This document shows positions 41,420-51,224 of a DNA stretch of 64,000 bases, in pieces (position 1 is the stretch's first letter; each line of letters starts with the position of its first letter). The notes below the pieces were generated by a model. That model worked only from the letters and a program-made list of their open reading frames with translations, had not been told where the DNA came from and did no database searches. The stretch lies in IMG/VR virus record IMGVR_UViG_3300033997_000478, positions 186,001-250,000 of that record, one strand, 5' to 3'. The position numbers and the translations under genes were made by a program.

Positions 41420-41591
41420 GCAGGTTCTGATGATGTGGAACTTGACTGCACGTGCCGCGACGGTGGCAATCCAACCGTGCAGATCGTCTGGGAGACCCAC
41501 GTAAGTTACGTAAGTCCTCCCGCCAGCAGACGTTCATGAGGCGTTTGCAATGACCGGCCGGGCTGTGAAAGCAGCCCGGTCTCTTTATGCC
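41420..41591 (+). ncRNA. candidate structured non-coding RNA or 3' UTR element
   Basis: At least three hairpins then a GACCGG..GGGCTG-TGAAAG-CAGCCCGGTC terminator-like stem. Confidence 0.35.
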
Positions 41592-41619
41592 ATCCGCAAC
41601 AAATGAGGGATAGAAAGCC

Positions 41620-43041
41620 ATGACCGAAGTACAGAGCAGCCCGGCACCGAAGAAGCACAACCTGCACGAATTTTCCAACACCCATTTCCATCTCCTGATC
41701 GTTGCCGACGACCAGGACGTCAACAAGGCACTGCTGGAACGTGCGAAGCTCGCCGCTCCCATTTCGAGCGTCCTCGTCGACCTGTCCCCGATCAGGGACA
41801 CCAGCGGGCGTGCGCGCGGCATTGCCGTGGACAAGCTGCTGGCCGCGGCCGCCAAGGCACATCCGGATAGTGAGCTGATCGTGGCAACGAGCGCACCGGC
41901 TGCGTTTGCAGGCGCAATGGTCAAGGGCGAAGACAACTCCTTTGCTCGCGGCGCACTGCAGAACATCATCGACGGCCTGCTTGGCTTCCGCACCCTGAAC
42001 CTGCTCGATTCGATCACGGTCTACGCCGGCGCCCTCAAGAAGTCGCACTGGTTCAGTTCGGCCATGCCGGCTTGGTCCAAGCTCCAGCATCCGAAAGCTG
42101 AACCGAAGCCGGTCAAGGTCCATGGCAACTTCAAGGTGGCAGGTGGCCGTGTGGAAGTATCGCGCGGTGGCCCGGCTCGGATGACCAAGACGGCCGGCGA
42201 GCTCGCCGCCGAACAAGGTGTCGAAGTGATCTTGGAAAAGCAGACCAAGGGCACCGCTGAAGCCAAGCTCGGTGGTAAGCTCGCTGGCGTCAAGGGTAGC
42301 CAAGGGTACACCAATCCCTGGCTGGCCTTCGGTTTCAACGAAGGTCCGGAAGACGACCGCAACCAGCACGTGGCCTTCGACAGCCTGTTCGATCATCATG
42401 CCAAGGCTCGCATGGGTCTCGATGTCCTGTCGCTCGATGAAATCGTCGAGACCGCCCGCCTGATCACTTCCCTGGAAGGCAGTGCGGCACCACACGAGAT
42501 CAGTAACAAGCAGACCTTGGCCCGTCTGATCGGTGCTGTCCGTCGTTCGCTGGCCGGTGAGCGGTACGCCGAACAGCTCAGCGATCTGCTGTTTGCGCTG
42601 AAGGCTGAGCAGGCCGGCGGCAACGACATCCGCAAGCAGATCATGATGGTGGTGGAGACCGGTGCGATCAAGTACGTCGCAGTCGCCAACCGCCGTCCGC
42701 TGCTGGCAACGGTCTTCGAAGGTCTGCACCGTCGTGTCAAGGGGGCACTGCGCCGTCGTAAGCAAGTGGCTGACCAGAAGAAGGCGCAGGCTGAACCGGC
42801 ACCGGTGGTTGAAGCTCCGGCCAAGAAAAAGAAGAAGCGCAAGAAGAAGGTCGAGCAGGCATCGACCGAACAGCCCTTCGAATCGCGCTTCGCGGCCAAG
42901 ATTCTCGACACCGATCAACCGACCCTGAGTGAACAGGAGTATCAGGCTCGCAAGCAACAGCTTCTCGATGCTAGGAAGACCCACAGCGAAGAAGCCACGC
43001 CGCAGCCAGCGGCAGAACTCGCGCAGACCGAAGAGAAGTAA
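41620..43041 (+). CDS. hypothetical protein with charged low-complexity C-terminus
   Basis: 473-aa ORF; GAGG RBS. Confidence 0.7.
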   Translation: MTEVQSSPAPKKHNLHEFSNTHFHLLIVADDQDVNKALLERAKLAAPISSVLVDLSPIRDTSGRARGIAVDKLLAAAAKAHPDSELIVATSAPAAFAGAMVKGEDNSFARGALQNIIDGLLGFRTLNLLDSITVYAGALKKSHWFSSAMPAWSKLQHPKAEPKPVKVHGNFKVAGGRVEVSRGGPARMTKTAGELAAEQGVEVILEKQTKGTAEAKLGGKLAGVKGSQGYTNPWLAFGFNEGPEDDRNQHVAFDSLFDHHAKARMGLDVLSLDEIVETARLITSLEGSAAPHEISNKQTLARLIGAVRRSLAGERYAEQLSDLLFALKAEQAGGNDIRKQIMMVVETGAIKYVAVANRRPLLATVFEGLHRRVKGALRRRKQVADQKKAQAEPAPVVEAPAKKKKKRKKKVEQASTEQPFESRFAAKILDTDQPTLSEQEYQARKQQLLDARKTHSEEATPQPAAELAQTEEK

Positions 43042-43099
43042 GTCTCAAAGTTAACACCGCAAGTCTTAACTTGTGATAACACTTTGAGATCGTCGGATC

Positions 43100-43738
43100 A
43101 TGAAACTCACACCTGCTCAGCAACGCTTTCGGCAGAATCAAATCACCAACGTCAGCCTGGAAGGTGACGCGGATGGTTCGACCAAAGTCGAGAAAGAGAT
43201 CGTCACCTTCGGCAAGATCGTAGACTTCAAGCAGCTCGAAAAGGCCGACCGCAAGGAACGCCAAGAGCAATGGGAACTGCGCTCCAAAGATGGTGACAAC
43301 CTGCACGGTGGTTGCATTCGCATTCGGTGTATTGACGAGAAGAAGTACATCCTGACCGTCAAGACGTTTGTCCCGGACAAGGGCAATCTGTCGGAAACCG
43401 AAACCGAACTGGACGCCGAAGCCGGTAAGGCCATGCTGAAAGAGTTCTCCAAACTCTCCAGCGGTGGCATGATCAAAACGCGTTACTTCTTCAACGTCCC
43501 CGACTCGGAGTTGGTCTGGGAAGTGGACGTGTACTACGACGAGAAGGGTAACCCTCGTGAGTGGTGCAAGATCGATCTGGAGGTGACGGACATGCGCATC
43601 AAGCGTCCGGAGCTTCCGATTGAACTGAAGGAGGCTCGTGAGATTCCGCCAAAGAATCGCAGCGAGGAAGAGCAGAAGTTCGTGGAGCGGCTGATGAGTA
43701 AGGAATTCATTACTCCCAATCCGTATCCGGCCAAGTGA
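43100..43738 (+). CDS. CYTH-like (triphosphate tunnel metalloenzyme) protein
   Basis: EKE, RIR, LTVK, ETETE, KTRY, WEVDVY, IDLEV pattern. Confidence 0.65.
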   Translation: MKLTPAQQRFRQNQITNVSLEGDADGSTKVEKEIVTFGKIVDFKQLEKADRKERQEQWELRSKDGDNLHGGCIRIRCIDEKKYILTVKTFVPDKGNLSETETELDAEAGKAMLKEFSKLSSGGMIKTRYFFNVPDSELVWEVDVYYDEKGNPREWCKIDLEVTDMRIKRPELPIELKEAREIPPKNRSEEEQKFVERLMSKEFITPNPYPAK

Positions 43739-43740
43739 TG

Positions 43741-43775
43741 GCATAATGTCCCCCTGCCTTCGGGCAGGGGGCATA
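43741..43775 (+). terminator. intrinsic terminator-like hairpin
   Basis: GCATAA-TGTCCCCCTGCC-TTCG-GGCAGGGGGCA. Confidence 0.7.
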
Positions 43776-43891
43776 CCCTCTTATTTGTTTTTTGCCCATC
43801 CATTACGGATGGGTGCTTATGCCCTTGATTCAAACAGAAGTCAAACCCGTATCATCTTCTTGAACCAACAACCAAACCTGGAGTAAACGCT

Positions 43892-44164
43892 ATGTACCGT
43901 AACCTTGGTACCGGCGGCCGACTCCTCTGGGGTCTGACCGTCTTTGTTATCTGGTGTGTGCTGTTTGGATATTCCGTCAAGGTGTTCAACGCAGTGCACG
44001 AGGTAGTCACTGACTGGCTGTATCCTGCGGTTTATGCTGGTGGTTTCTCAAGCATTGTCGCCTCGGTCATTGAGCTGTTGACTGTGGTGATTGGCATTCT
44101 CGTTTTCCCAGGCACTGCGACCTGGGGGCTTTATTTCGCCAATAAGAAACTCAAGGGTAACTGA
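43892..44164 (+). CDS. two-TM membrane protein
   Basis: Two hydrophobic helices; GGAG RBS. Confidence 0.65.
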   Translation: MYRNLGTGGRLLWGLTVFVIWCVLFGYSVKVFNAVHEVVTDWLYPAVYAGGFSSIVASVIELLTVVIGILVFPGTATWGLYFANKKLKGN

Positions 44165-44165
44165 C

Positions 44166-44348
44166 ATGAAACACCAATTCACTGCAAGCGACTTCGACGA
44201 TCATATGGACCGTTGCTCTGACTGCCGCCACGATCCACTCAACCCGTGCCAGGAGGGACGCCGCACCCTCCACGACTCGGTGCGTGAGGGTCGGGCTAGT
44301 CCCTTCGATCGTCGGCTGCACAACTCCTTTGATGACAGTGAGGAATGA
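44166..44348 (+). CDS. small hypothetical protein
   Basis: HMDRCSDC..C; fills the gap between coupled genes. Confidence 0.45.
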   Translation: MKHQFTASDFDDHMDRCSDCRHDPLNPCQEGRRTLHDSVREGRASPFDRRLHNSFDDSEE

Positions 44349-44349
44349 G

Positions 44350-44895
44350 ATGGACCTGAGGAAACCTGAAGGGGTGACTGTGTGCTTGATCGCTGCCGTG
44401 GACAAGAACGGTGCAATCGGTACTGGCAACAAGTTACCCTGGCACCACCCGCTGGAGATGAAGTACTTTCGCCAGATGACGATCAACAGCACAGTTCTGA
44501 TGGGCGCCAATACCTGGCGCTCGCTGGGCTGCAAGCCGTTGGTGCAGCGTCGCAACATCGTGCTGACCTCCGATCCGGAGCAGTTCGGTGAGCCGTCGCT
44601 GGATACGCATTTCATCTCCGACCCGAATGAAGCCTTCAAGCTTCTGAAGTCGGACGAACTGCTGGTCATCGGCGGGGCCAAGGTGTATGAACTGTTCCTG
44701 CCGTTGGCGGACTACCTGTTCATCACCGAGATCGACATCGAAGTGGAAGCACCTGATGCATACTTCCCCAGGTTCGATGAAGCGGCCTTCCATCCGGTAC
44801 AGCGCTACCCGCGCGAGCCGGAAGTGTATGGCGATGTGATGTTGCCTGCCTGGACACCCACCACCCGTGCTCGCATCATCCCCGAGCGCAGCTGA
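44350..44895 (+). CDS. folA: dihydrofolate reductase
   Basis: LIAAVDKNGAIG..NKLPWH, MG..TW.SL..KPL..RRNIVLT, IGGAKVY, DAYFP. Confidence 0.92.
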   Translation: MDLRKPEGVTVCLIAAVDKNGAIGTGNKLPWHHPLEMKYFRQMTINSTVLMGANTWRSLGCKPLVQRRNIVLTSDPEQFGEPSLDTHFISDPNEAFKLLKSDELLVIGGAKVYELFLPLADYLFITEIDIEVEAPDAYFPRFDEAAFHPVQRYPREPEVYGDVMLPAWTPTTRARIIPERS

Positions 44896-44896
44896 C

Positions 44897-44937
44897 GGCA
44901 TAGCCCCTCCCTGCACTAGCAGGGAGGGGCGTTATGC
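44897..44937. terminator. bidirectional terminator-like hairpin
   Basis: GCATA-GCCCCTCCCTGC-ACTA-GCAGGGAGGGGC-GTTATGC between convergent genes. Confidence 0.75.
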
Positions 44938-44952
44938 GGTCTTACTTTTTTG

Positions 44953-47900
44953 TTACGCCTGCGGGACTTCTTCAGGCGGCATGACCTTCGTGCGGACGTA
45001 GTTCTGCTGACGCACGATCGTGGCCAGCGGGTACTCGCCGATATTCACGTAGGCATTCTGACCGTAGATCAGGTAGCCGTCGGTGTTGGAGTTACCCGTG
45101 TTGGCCTTGTCCACCAGGATGCCCTTGACGTTCGAGCAGGACAGCGGCAGACGTTCCGGCATCAGCTGACCGTTCTCGTCAATCACGAACACGTCGCGAT
45201 TGTGACCGAAGCGGTTGCCGTTCGAATCGCGCCACCAGGCCGTACGCTTGGCCACCATGAAGCCGCTCTGGTCGCTCAGCGGGACCAGATCGACCAAGCC
45301 GTAGCCATCGCTCTGGCTCTCGTCGGAACCTTCCAGAATGCGACCATTCCAGGCCGGATCCACCTTCCAGTCCGAGGTCAACCGTTCGACCGTGAACAGG
45401 TCGTAGTCGTAGGTCGGATTGGCCAGACGGGTCCGGCTGCTGTACACGATCCAGCCGTTGGTGTACGGGCAGGCGTAGACCTTGTAAATCTGGCAGTTCT
45501 GGTTGGCCTTGAACGGCTGGGCATTGGATGCCGGCACCGTACCGTCGGACTTGATCAGGATCGGCTGATAGCCCTTGGTGCCGCCCTGGTTGACGATCAG
45601 ATCGCCGTTGGGCAGCATCAGCGCCGAACGGAAGTCGATGTCGGCCAGCGAACCGCCCGGATTCATCGGGTTGTTCCAGCTACCGTCCACCGTACCATCA
45701 GCGTTGAACTTGGCGATGTAGTAGCAGTCGTTAACGCCGACCTTACGCAGTGCGCTGGAGATCAGGAACACCTTACCGTCGGGGGTGACCGACAGGGTGG
45801 CATTGTTGACGTTGCGACCACCGAACTGGTCGATCAGGTCCGGCTGCGGCCAGACCGTGGCCGTGCCACCGTTGGGTGCCACACGAGCAAAACCGTAGAA
45901 GGTCACGTTGTTGACGCGGGTAATGCTGCCGGACATCAGGATGCTGTCATCCTGACACACCACCACGCTGGTCAGATCGTTGATCGTGGTGTTGCTGGCC
46001 GAGAAGGCCGGTGTGAAGCTGGTGTCCAGCGAACCCATGCGCGTGGTCGGATCACCGACATTGCCCCGATCGGCCTTGAGGCGGAACAGGTAGCGGTTGG
46101 CGTTGACACCGGCCACATTGGCGAAGGGACCTGCGACCAGGACCTTACCGTCGGACTGCTGCACAGCATGGGTCACGTAGGCGGCAACTTCGGTATTGCT
46201 ACCGATGTTGTCAGCCGGCGACGGGCTGGGGTAACGCATGTCGTTGACCGGCGGAATGACCGGGGTGTAGACCGGCTCGGCCGTACCTTCAGCAGTGGCC
46301 GTCACGTAGGTGGCCTGCTCGGTCAGGTCAACGTCCTTGAACAGGTCCTCGGTGCCGGTTCCGTACTGCCAACCACCGAAGGTCTCGCGGTCGGTCGTCC
46401 AAGCCAGGAACTCGCCGTCAGCGTCAGCGCGCTTGCCGGAGATCACAATGCGTTCGCCGTTGTCGTAGATACGGCCTTCGCTGATGCGGCTGTCTTGCAG
46501 TACCACACCTTGCTCAGCGTCGGAATTGCCGATGGTACGGTAGAGTACGATGCCGTAGCGGTCGAACGGGACACCTTGGTCGTCGTTGATCGAGGCGCGG
46601 TCGATATAGATCAGCACCTTGTTGCCGACCACAGCCATGTGCTTGAACTCACCTGCACCCGGTGCTTCGGTGGCCTGCGGGAACTGGGTCTGCCAGTTCG
46701 GCCAGTAGTCCAGCGGGTAGATGTTCATGCTGTAGCTGCCCGGACCGGTAATGCCGACCTCGAAGTAGACCTCACGGGTCTTGTTCGACTGCGCCAGATC
46801 GACCCACTCGCACTTGCCCAGGCCGATGACCATGCCTTCGTAGACGGCCAGTGCGTGCACACGGATCTGCGGTTCGGGCACGATCTCCGGCGAGCTGGAC
46901 CATTCGTGGAACAGCTTGATGCGGTTCCAGTTGACAGCGTCTTCGGATTGGTGCAGCCAGGTGGTGGGCTCGTAGGAGAGCTTGTTGTCGTCGGGCTCTT
47001 CGCTGGTCATGGCCAGCGTATTGGCATCGGCGGCAATGGCCGGTAGGAAGGTGTTCTGCAGCGCGATGATCGGCTGGAAGTTGAACACGCCACCGGTTTC
47101 GTCTTCTTCCTGCAGGCGGCACACCCAGAGGATGTTGGTCGCAGCGTGGATGAAGTAACCGTAGACAGCACCCTTGAAATACGCCAGCATGCGACCGGTG
47201 AACTTCCAATCCGGATAGCCCTGCGTGTTACCTTGGACCGGACCTTCGTCGTTACGCAGGTCGTCCTTACGCCAGACCTGGCCGCCGTTGGTGGTGCGAT
47301 GCAGGGTGGTCCACTGGTTCTTGCCCAGGAAGGCCCAGATACGGCCTGCCTTGTCGCCAACAGCCGCTTCGGTCTTGACGTACTGCCAGTTGGTGCCGAA
47401 CACCGGGGCCAGCGAATCGGGGATCGACTCGTAGGTGGCAAAGTCGCTGGTGACGCCACGGGCCATGGAGTTGGACAGGAAGAAGCCGGTCTTACCCGTC
47501 GGCTCCGGATCAACTGGACCGGTGGAACCTTCGCCCACGGTGCAGGCCAGTTCGCCAAACAGCAGGTAGGAGGTCGACTTGGCCTTGATGGTCACGCTGA
47601 ACGGCGCAGTGCCACTGCGGTCGATCGGCTCGTCGATGATGTCATCGGCGGTGATCGTGATGCCAGCGCGAGCGGACAGCTTGGGCAGCAGCTGATGGGT
47701 GCCGGTCTCGTTGCCGTCAGCGAACTCCTTGCTGCGCAGGGAGAACAGCTTCTGCAGCTGCAGGCGGTTGTAGGTGACATCCAAGTCGACCGAGGGTTCA
47801 GCACCGGCCTTGGTGGAGATCTTGGTGGACGTATTGCGCTTGCCGGCGACGGACAGGTCCAGCACGGTGGGGTCAACCAGCACCAGCGGAGCGTAGTCAA

Positions 47901-47985
47901 CTTGTGCCAGGGTAAGCTCGGTCTGCAGGCGTGCATTGACCAAATCCAGCAGGTGCTGCTGGATGTTCGTGATGGGTTGGGACAT
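44953..47985 (-). CDS. large virion protein, candidate tail fibre/receptor-binding protein
   Basis: N-terminal RNT..YNRL anchor domain; beta-propeller-like region with QxDGK.L / LD.SF (Delta-60-like) repeats. Confidence 0.75.
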   Translation of the reverse strand: MSQPITNIQQHLLDLVNARLQTELTLAQVDYAPLVLVDPTVLDLSVAGKRNTSTKISTKAGAEPSVDLDVTYNRLQLQKLFSLRSKEFADGNETGTHQLLPKLSARAGITITADDIIDEPIDRSGTAPFSVTIKAKSTSYLLFGELACTVGEGSTGPVDPEPTGKTGFFLSNSMARGVTSDFATYESIPDSLAPVFGTNWQYVKTEAAVGDKAGRIWAFLGKNQWTTLHRTTNGGQVWRKDDLRNDEGPVQGNTQGYPDWKFTGRMLAYFKGAVYGYFIHAATNILWVCRLQEEDETGGVFNFQPIIALQNTFLPAIAADANTLAMTSEEPDDNKLSYEPTTWLHQSEDAVNWNRIKLFHEWSSSPEIVPEPQIRVHALAVYEGMVIGLGKCEWVDLAQSNKTREVYFEVGITGPGSYSMNIYPLDYWPNWQTQFPQATEAPGAGEFKHMAVVGNKVLIYIDRASINDDQGVPFDRYGIVLYRTIGNSDAEQGVVLQDSRISEGRIYDNGERIVISGKRADADGEFLAWTTDRETFGGWQYGTGTEDLFKDVDLTEQATYVTATAEGTAEPVYTPVIPPVNDMRYPSPSPADNIGSNTEVAAYVTHAVQQSDGKVLVAGPFANVAGVNANRYLFRLKADRGNVGDPTTRMGSLDTSFTPAFSASNTTINDLTSVVVCQDDSILMSGSITRVNNVTFYGFARVAPNGGTATVWPQPDLIDQFGGRNVNNATLSVTPDGKVFLISSALRKVGVNDCYYIAKFNADGTVDGSWNNPMNPGGSLADIDFRSALMLPNGDLIVNQGGTKGYQPILIKSDGTVPASNAQPFKANQNCQIYKVYACPYTNGWIVYSSRTRLANPTYDYDLFTVERLTSDWKVDPAWNGRILEGSDESQSDGYGLVDLVPLSDQSGFMVAKRTAWWRDSNGNRFGHNRDVFVIDENGQLMPERLPLSCSNVKGILVDKANTGNSNTDGYLIYGQNAYVNIGEYPLATIVRQQNYVRTKVMPPEEVPQA

Positions 47986-48045
47986 CTGAAACTCCTCGTC
48001 GGAACGAAAGGGTGTTATCGAATTTGAAATCGACTCACAACATAA

Positions 48046-48075
48046 GTGGAGGTCCCCGAAGGGACCTCCTTACTC
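48046..48075 (-). terminator. intrinsic terminator-like hairpin
   Basis: GGAGGTCCC-CGAA-GGGACCTCC with CATAA flank (TTATG on the minus strand). Confidence 0.65.
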
Positions 48076-48093
48076 ATGCTACAAAACTGGAGA

Positions 48094-48549
48094 TTACTGC
48101 TGATTGGCCGAGCGCTTGACTTGGATCTGTACCGTACCAAACACGCCGTAGGAGTTCGCCTTCGCAGTCAACTGCAAAGTGGCGTTGTCGCTGTCGCCGA
48201 CAGGAACGGTGTCTTCAATATCAGCCGTACCAACCTCCCGGCCCAACCATTGGGAGAGCGTAGCGACGATCTGGTGAGCGCTGGTGGGCATTACATCCAC
48301 TACCAGCAGGTTGCTCTTCAGTCCGGCCAACTTGGCCAGACTCAGACGATTGTACTCAAGTACCAGATTTAGCTTGGGATCGGTAGGTAGCTTGTTGGTA
48401 AAGCGTACCGAGGTGTTGCGGATGTCGGGATCTTCAAACCCCGTGGCATCGTTGAGTTTGATCGGCAGTCCAACATTGGCGTTGTCTAGACTCAGTTCGG
48501 TCTGGAATAGCTTGTTGGCGTACCCAATCACTCTAGTCAGATTATCCAC
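48094..48549 (-). CDS. virion structural protein (RNT..YNRL paralog family)
   Basis: IRNTSV..LEYNRLSL..TADIED. Confidence 0.7.
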   Translation of the reverse strand: MDNLTRVIGYANKLFQTELSLDNANVGLPIKLNDATGFEDPDIRNTSVRFTNKLPTDPKLNLVLEYNRLSLAKLAGLKSNLLVVDVMPTSAHQIVATLSQWLGREVGTADIEDTVPVGDSDNATLQLTAKANSYGVFGTVQIQVKRSANQQ

Positions 48550-48998
48550 GTGTTACCTCCTGGCGGCCGGACATCGATCTCCACCGCACCGGTCACGGCC
48601 AACGAACCAGGCTTGGCAACCAAGGTGATGATGGCCGTATCCCCGTTCTTCGGGATGGGCGCATCTTCCACGTCTTGCGGTCCCAAACGAATGCGCAGGT
48701 AAGTGGCCAAGATGGGCAGAGCTTCGTGGACAGTGGCAGGTAGCTGCTGCGCGTGAAGTTCCGGAGCCAGCGCTACAGTCAGCTGTTCCAGATCCAGTCG
48801 GTTGTAGTACACCAACAGATCACGCGGCTTGACGGGTTGGTTCTTGATCTCCACCGAGATCGAGGTGTTCTTACCTTCCCCACCTACGCCGGGCACGCCG
48901 TACAGCAGGTCTTCCTCACGCAGGTTGAACTGGAAGCCGGCGTTATCCATGGTCTTCTGGATAAGGTCACGCATCATTTCAGAGGGCGTCTGGATCAC
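48537..48998 (-). CDS. virion structural protein (RNT..YNRL paralog family)
   Basis: KNTSI..YYNRLDL..PQDVED. Confidence 0.7.
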   Translation of the reverse strand: MIQTPSEMMRDLIQKTMDNAGFQFNLREEDLLYGVPGVGGEGKNTSISVEIKNQPVKPRDLLVYYNRLDLEQLTVALAPELHAQQLPATVHEALPILATYLRIRLGPQDVEDAPIPKNGDTAIITLVAKPGSLAVTGAVEIDVRPPGGNTWII

Positions 48999-49477
48999 GG
49001 CGCAGCTCCTGTTACAGTGAAGCGCTCCAGACCGAAGTAGGTGCGCGATTCAGGATGGGCTTCCACGTCCACCACCAGCGGCCAAACACCAGCGCCGTCA
49101 ATGGGGCGATCCACCAGATCTTCGGCACTGATGGGCATGCCAGAGATGGCGGCCAACTGCGGGGCCAGATCACGGGTAGAGGTCGGCTGACCGCTCAATA
49201 CGTGCTCACGGCCATAGAAAAGGTTGGGGATGAAAATGCGGTTATAGTGCAGCTCAGTATCAAACGCTCGTCGAGCATCAGGCGTGGAGGACATCCGGAT
49301 GGTGCTGTTACGCGGCGCTTGGTGGATGTTGGTTGCCGAGGCGTCGATCAACACTGGCACTCCAAAGACAACCTCCGAGAGCAGCACGGCCGTTTGATTG
49401 CGCACATTGAGGTGGAGCAACAGCAGCTCCTCTACACTCAAGTCCGCAGACGGGTACTCGGGCAACTGGTCAGACAT
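48995..49477 (-). CDS. virion structural protein (RNT..YNRL paralog family)
   Basis: RNSTI..HYNRIFI..AEDLVD. Confidence 0.7.
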   Translation of the reverse strand: MSDQLPEYPSADLSVEELLLLHLNVRNQTAVLLSEVVFGVPVLIDASATNIHQAPRNSTIRMSSTPDARRAFDTELHYNRIFIPNLFYGREHVLSGQPTSTRDLAPQLAAISGMPISAEDLVDRPIDGAGVWPLVVDVEAHPESRTYFGLERFTVTGAAP

Positions 49478-49506
49478 GGCTTCACCGAAAAGAAAGGCGA
49501 GATAAA

Positions 49507-49533
49507 AACCCTCCTGCCCGAAGGCAGGAGGGC
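49507..49533 (-). terminator. intrinsic terminator-like hairpin
   Basis: CCCTCCTGCC-CGAA-GGCAGGAGGG with T-run on the minus strand. Confidence 0.7.
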
Positions 49534-49556
49534 ACGCTGCAACGCGTTGGTGTTAC

Positions 49557-51104
49557 TTAGGCAGCCGCACGGTTGTCGGTGATGGACTCAACGGTCCATT
49601 CAGCGCCATCGGCGGTCAGCTTGAAGACCGAACCCACTTCCAGGTCTTCGACCAGGGCTTCGACGAACTCGCCGTCAACCTGGATCCACACAGCTTCGCT
49701 GGCGCCGCTGGAGAAGTTGCTCAGGTTGCCTTCGGCGTCACGAGCGGAGTACTCGAAGTCCGACTTCTCTTCAGCTTCGTCTTCGGACTGCACTTCCTCG
49801 GCCGGAGCAGCAGCCGGTTCTTCAGCCGGTGCGTCCTGGATGGACACGTTCTCGTCCGAACCGGCGCTGTCGGTGGCAGCTTCATCAGCCGCGCTGTTGT
49901 CGGCGCTGTCGACGTCGCCATCGGTGAAACCTTCTTCGTCGCCAACCGGGGCGGAGAAGGAAGCGATCATCGCCTGCGGCACTTCGCCGCCATCGGCAAC
50001 CTTGGTGGCGCTGACGGTGTAGCTCACCACGACCGGATCGATACCGGTGGCCTGCTTACGCACGGCCTTGGCTTCGATGGTGTAGTCGCCCAGCAGGGCG
50101 CCGGCTTCATTGGTTTCCACGCTGCCGAAGGCCTGCTTGTAGGCCGACAGGCGCTGGATGTCCTGGTAGACCGACTGGTCGCCCGAGACGAAGCCGTTGA
50201 CGATGCGCAGATCGTTGGCGGTGTCGACGAAGACCAGCTTGCCGTATTCGCGCTTCAGGGCGAAGTTGAGCACGCCGCCGCCGGTACCGGCAGTGACCTT
50301 CAGGGAGATGTCGTACAGGTCGGTGATGGTCGAGCCGTTCTTCTTGTTCAGCAGGGCGAAGCTGTACGGCAGGTTCCAGTCGGCGGTTTCGCCGACCACC
50401 AGCGCGTAGCTGTTCTCGCTCGGAGCGACCAGGTTGGCGTTCTTGAACAGGCGGGCGCCGACGGCGATTTCCAGTTCACCGTTGTCGGCCACGATCAGCT
50501 TGCCATTCGGGTTGCCGGTGCCGGCAGCGAGGGTACCGTCGGCCTTCAGCGCCAGCGGCGCGGCGATCGGAGCATTGACGACTTCTTCGACCGGGGTGAT
50601 GATGCTGGTATCCTGCACGATGGCCTTGGCCACGTCCACGGCGAACTGGCCGGTGAAGCGCAGCGAGGTATCGGTGGCACGCAGCAGCACGCTGGTCGGC
50701 AGCTTGGTCGGATCAACGGTCACCGCAGCCAGGTCGGCGTCGCCGGCGACGGTCTCGAAGACGACCTTGACTTCGTCCTTGATCTTGGCAGCGATGCTGA
50801 CGATGTCGATCGTCTCGCCTTCGGCAAAGCGCAGGGTCAGGTGCTTGTTCAGGAACAGCCGGCCCAGGTCGAGGCGGTTGTAGTGGATCGGGACCAGCAG
50901 GCCGGTTTCGCCTTCCGGCAGCACCACGGCTTCAGGAAGGGCTTCCTTCTTGATGGTGATGTCGATGTCGGTGTTGTAGTCGACGTCGGCCGAGGAGGTC
51001 GGGGCGCCGATGATCAGGTCGCTGACGGTGTAGCTGGTGCCGTTTTCTTGGTTGAGCAGCTGGACGATGGTTTCTTCACCACCGTGGATCAGTTCAATGG
51101 ACAC
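49557..51104 (-). CDS. virion structural protein (YNRL family) with extra domains and acidic tail
   Basis: GTG start at 51104 after CAAGGA; YNTD..HYNRLDL. Confidence 0.75.
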   Translation of the reverse strand: MSIELIHGGEETIVQLLNQENGTSYTVSDLIIGAPTSSADVDYNTDIDITIKKEALPEAVVLPEGETGLLVPIHYNRLDLGRLFLNKHLTLRFAEGETIDIVSIAAKIKDEVKVVFETVAGDADLAAVTVDPTKLPTSVLLRATDTSLRFTGQFAVDVAKAIVQDTSIITPVEEVVNAPIAAPLALKADGTLAAGTGNPNGKLIVADNGELEIAVGARLFKNANLVAPSENSYALVVGETADWNLPYSFALLNKKNGSTITDLYDISLKVTAGTGGGVLNFALKREYGKLVFVDTANDLRIVNGFVSGDQSVYQDIQRLSAYKQAFGSVETNEAGALLGDYTIEAKAVRKQATGIDPVVVSYTVSATKVADGGEVPQAMIASFSAPVGDEEGFTDGDVDSADNSAADEAATDSAGSDENVSIQDAPAEEPAAAPAEEVQSEDEAEEKSDFEYSARDAEGNLSNFSSGASEAVWIQVDGEFVEALVEDLEVGSVFKLTADGAEWTVESITDNRAAA

Positions 51105-51224
51105 AGGGTCTCCTTGTTTCGTGAACGAGTTGTTATTTGACTTGGGGGCCTTTGCATAGGATGAGACGTCCCAAGCTAAAAAATTAATGGTCTGACACCT
51201 TTCTATAGAGCCAGAGGACACGTT

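Noticed and set aside
41620-43041. P-loop NTPase assignment for the 473-aa ORF
   Set aside because: No Walker A motif found
44950-47046. 698-aa plus-strand ORF
   Set aside because: Antisense shadow of the minus-strand virion protein
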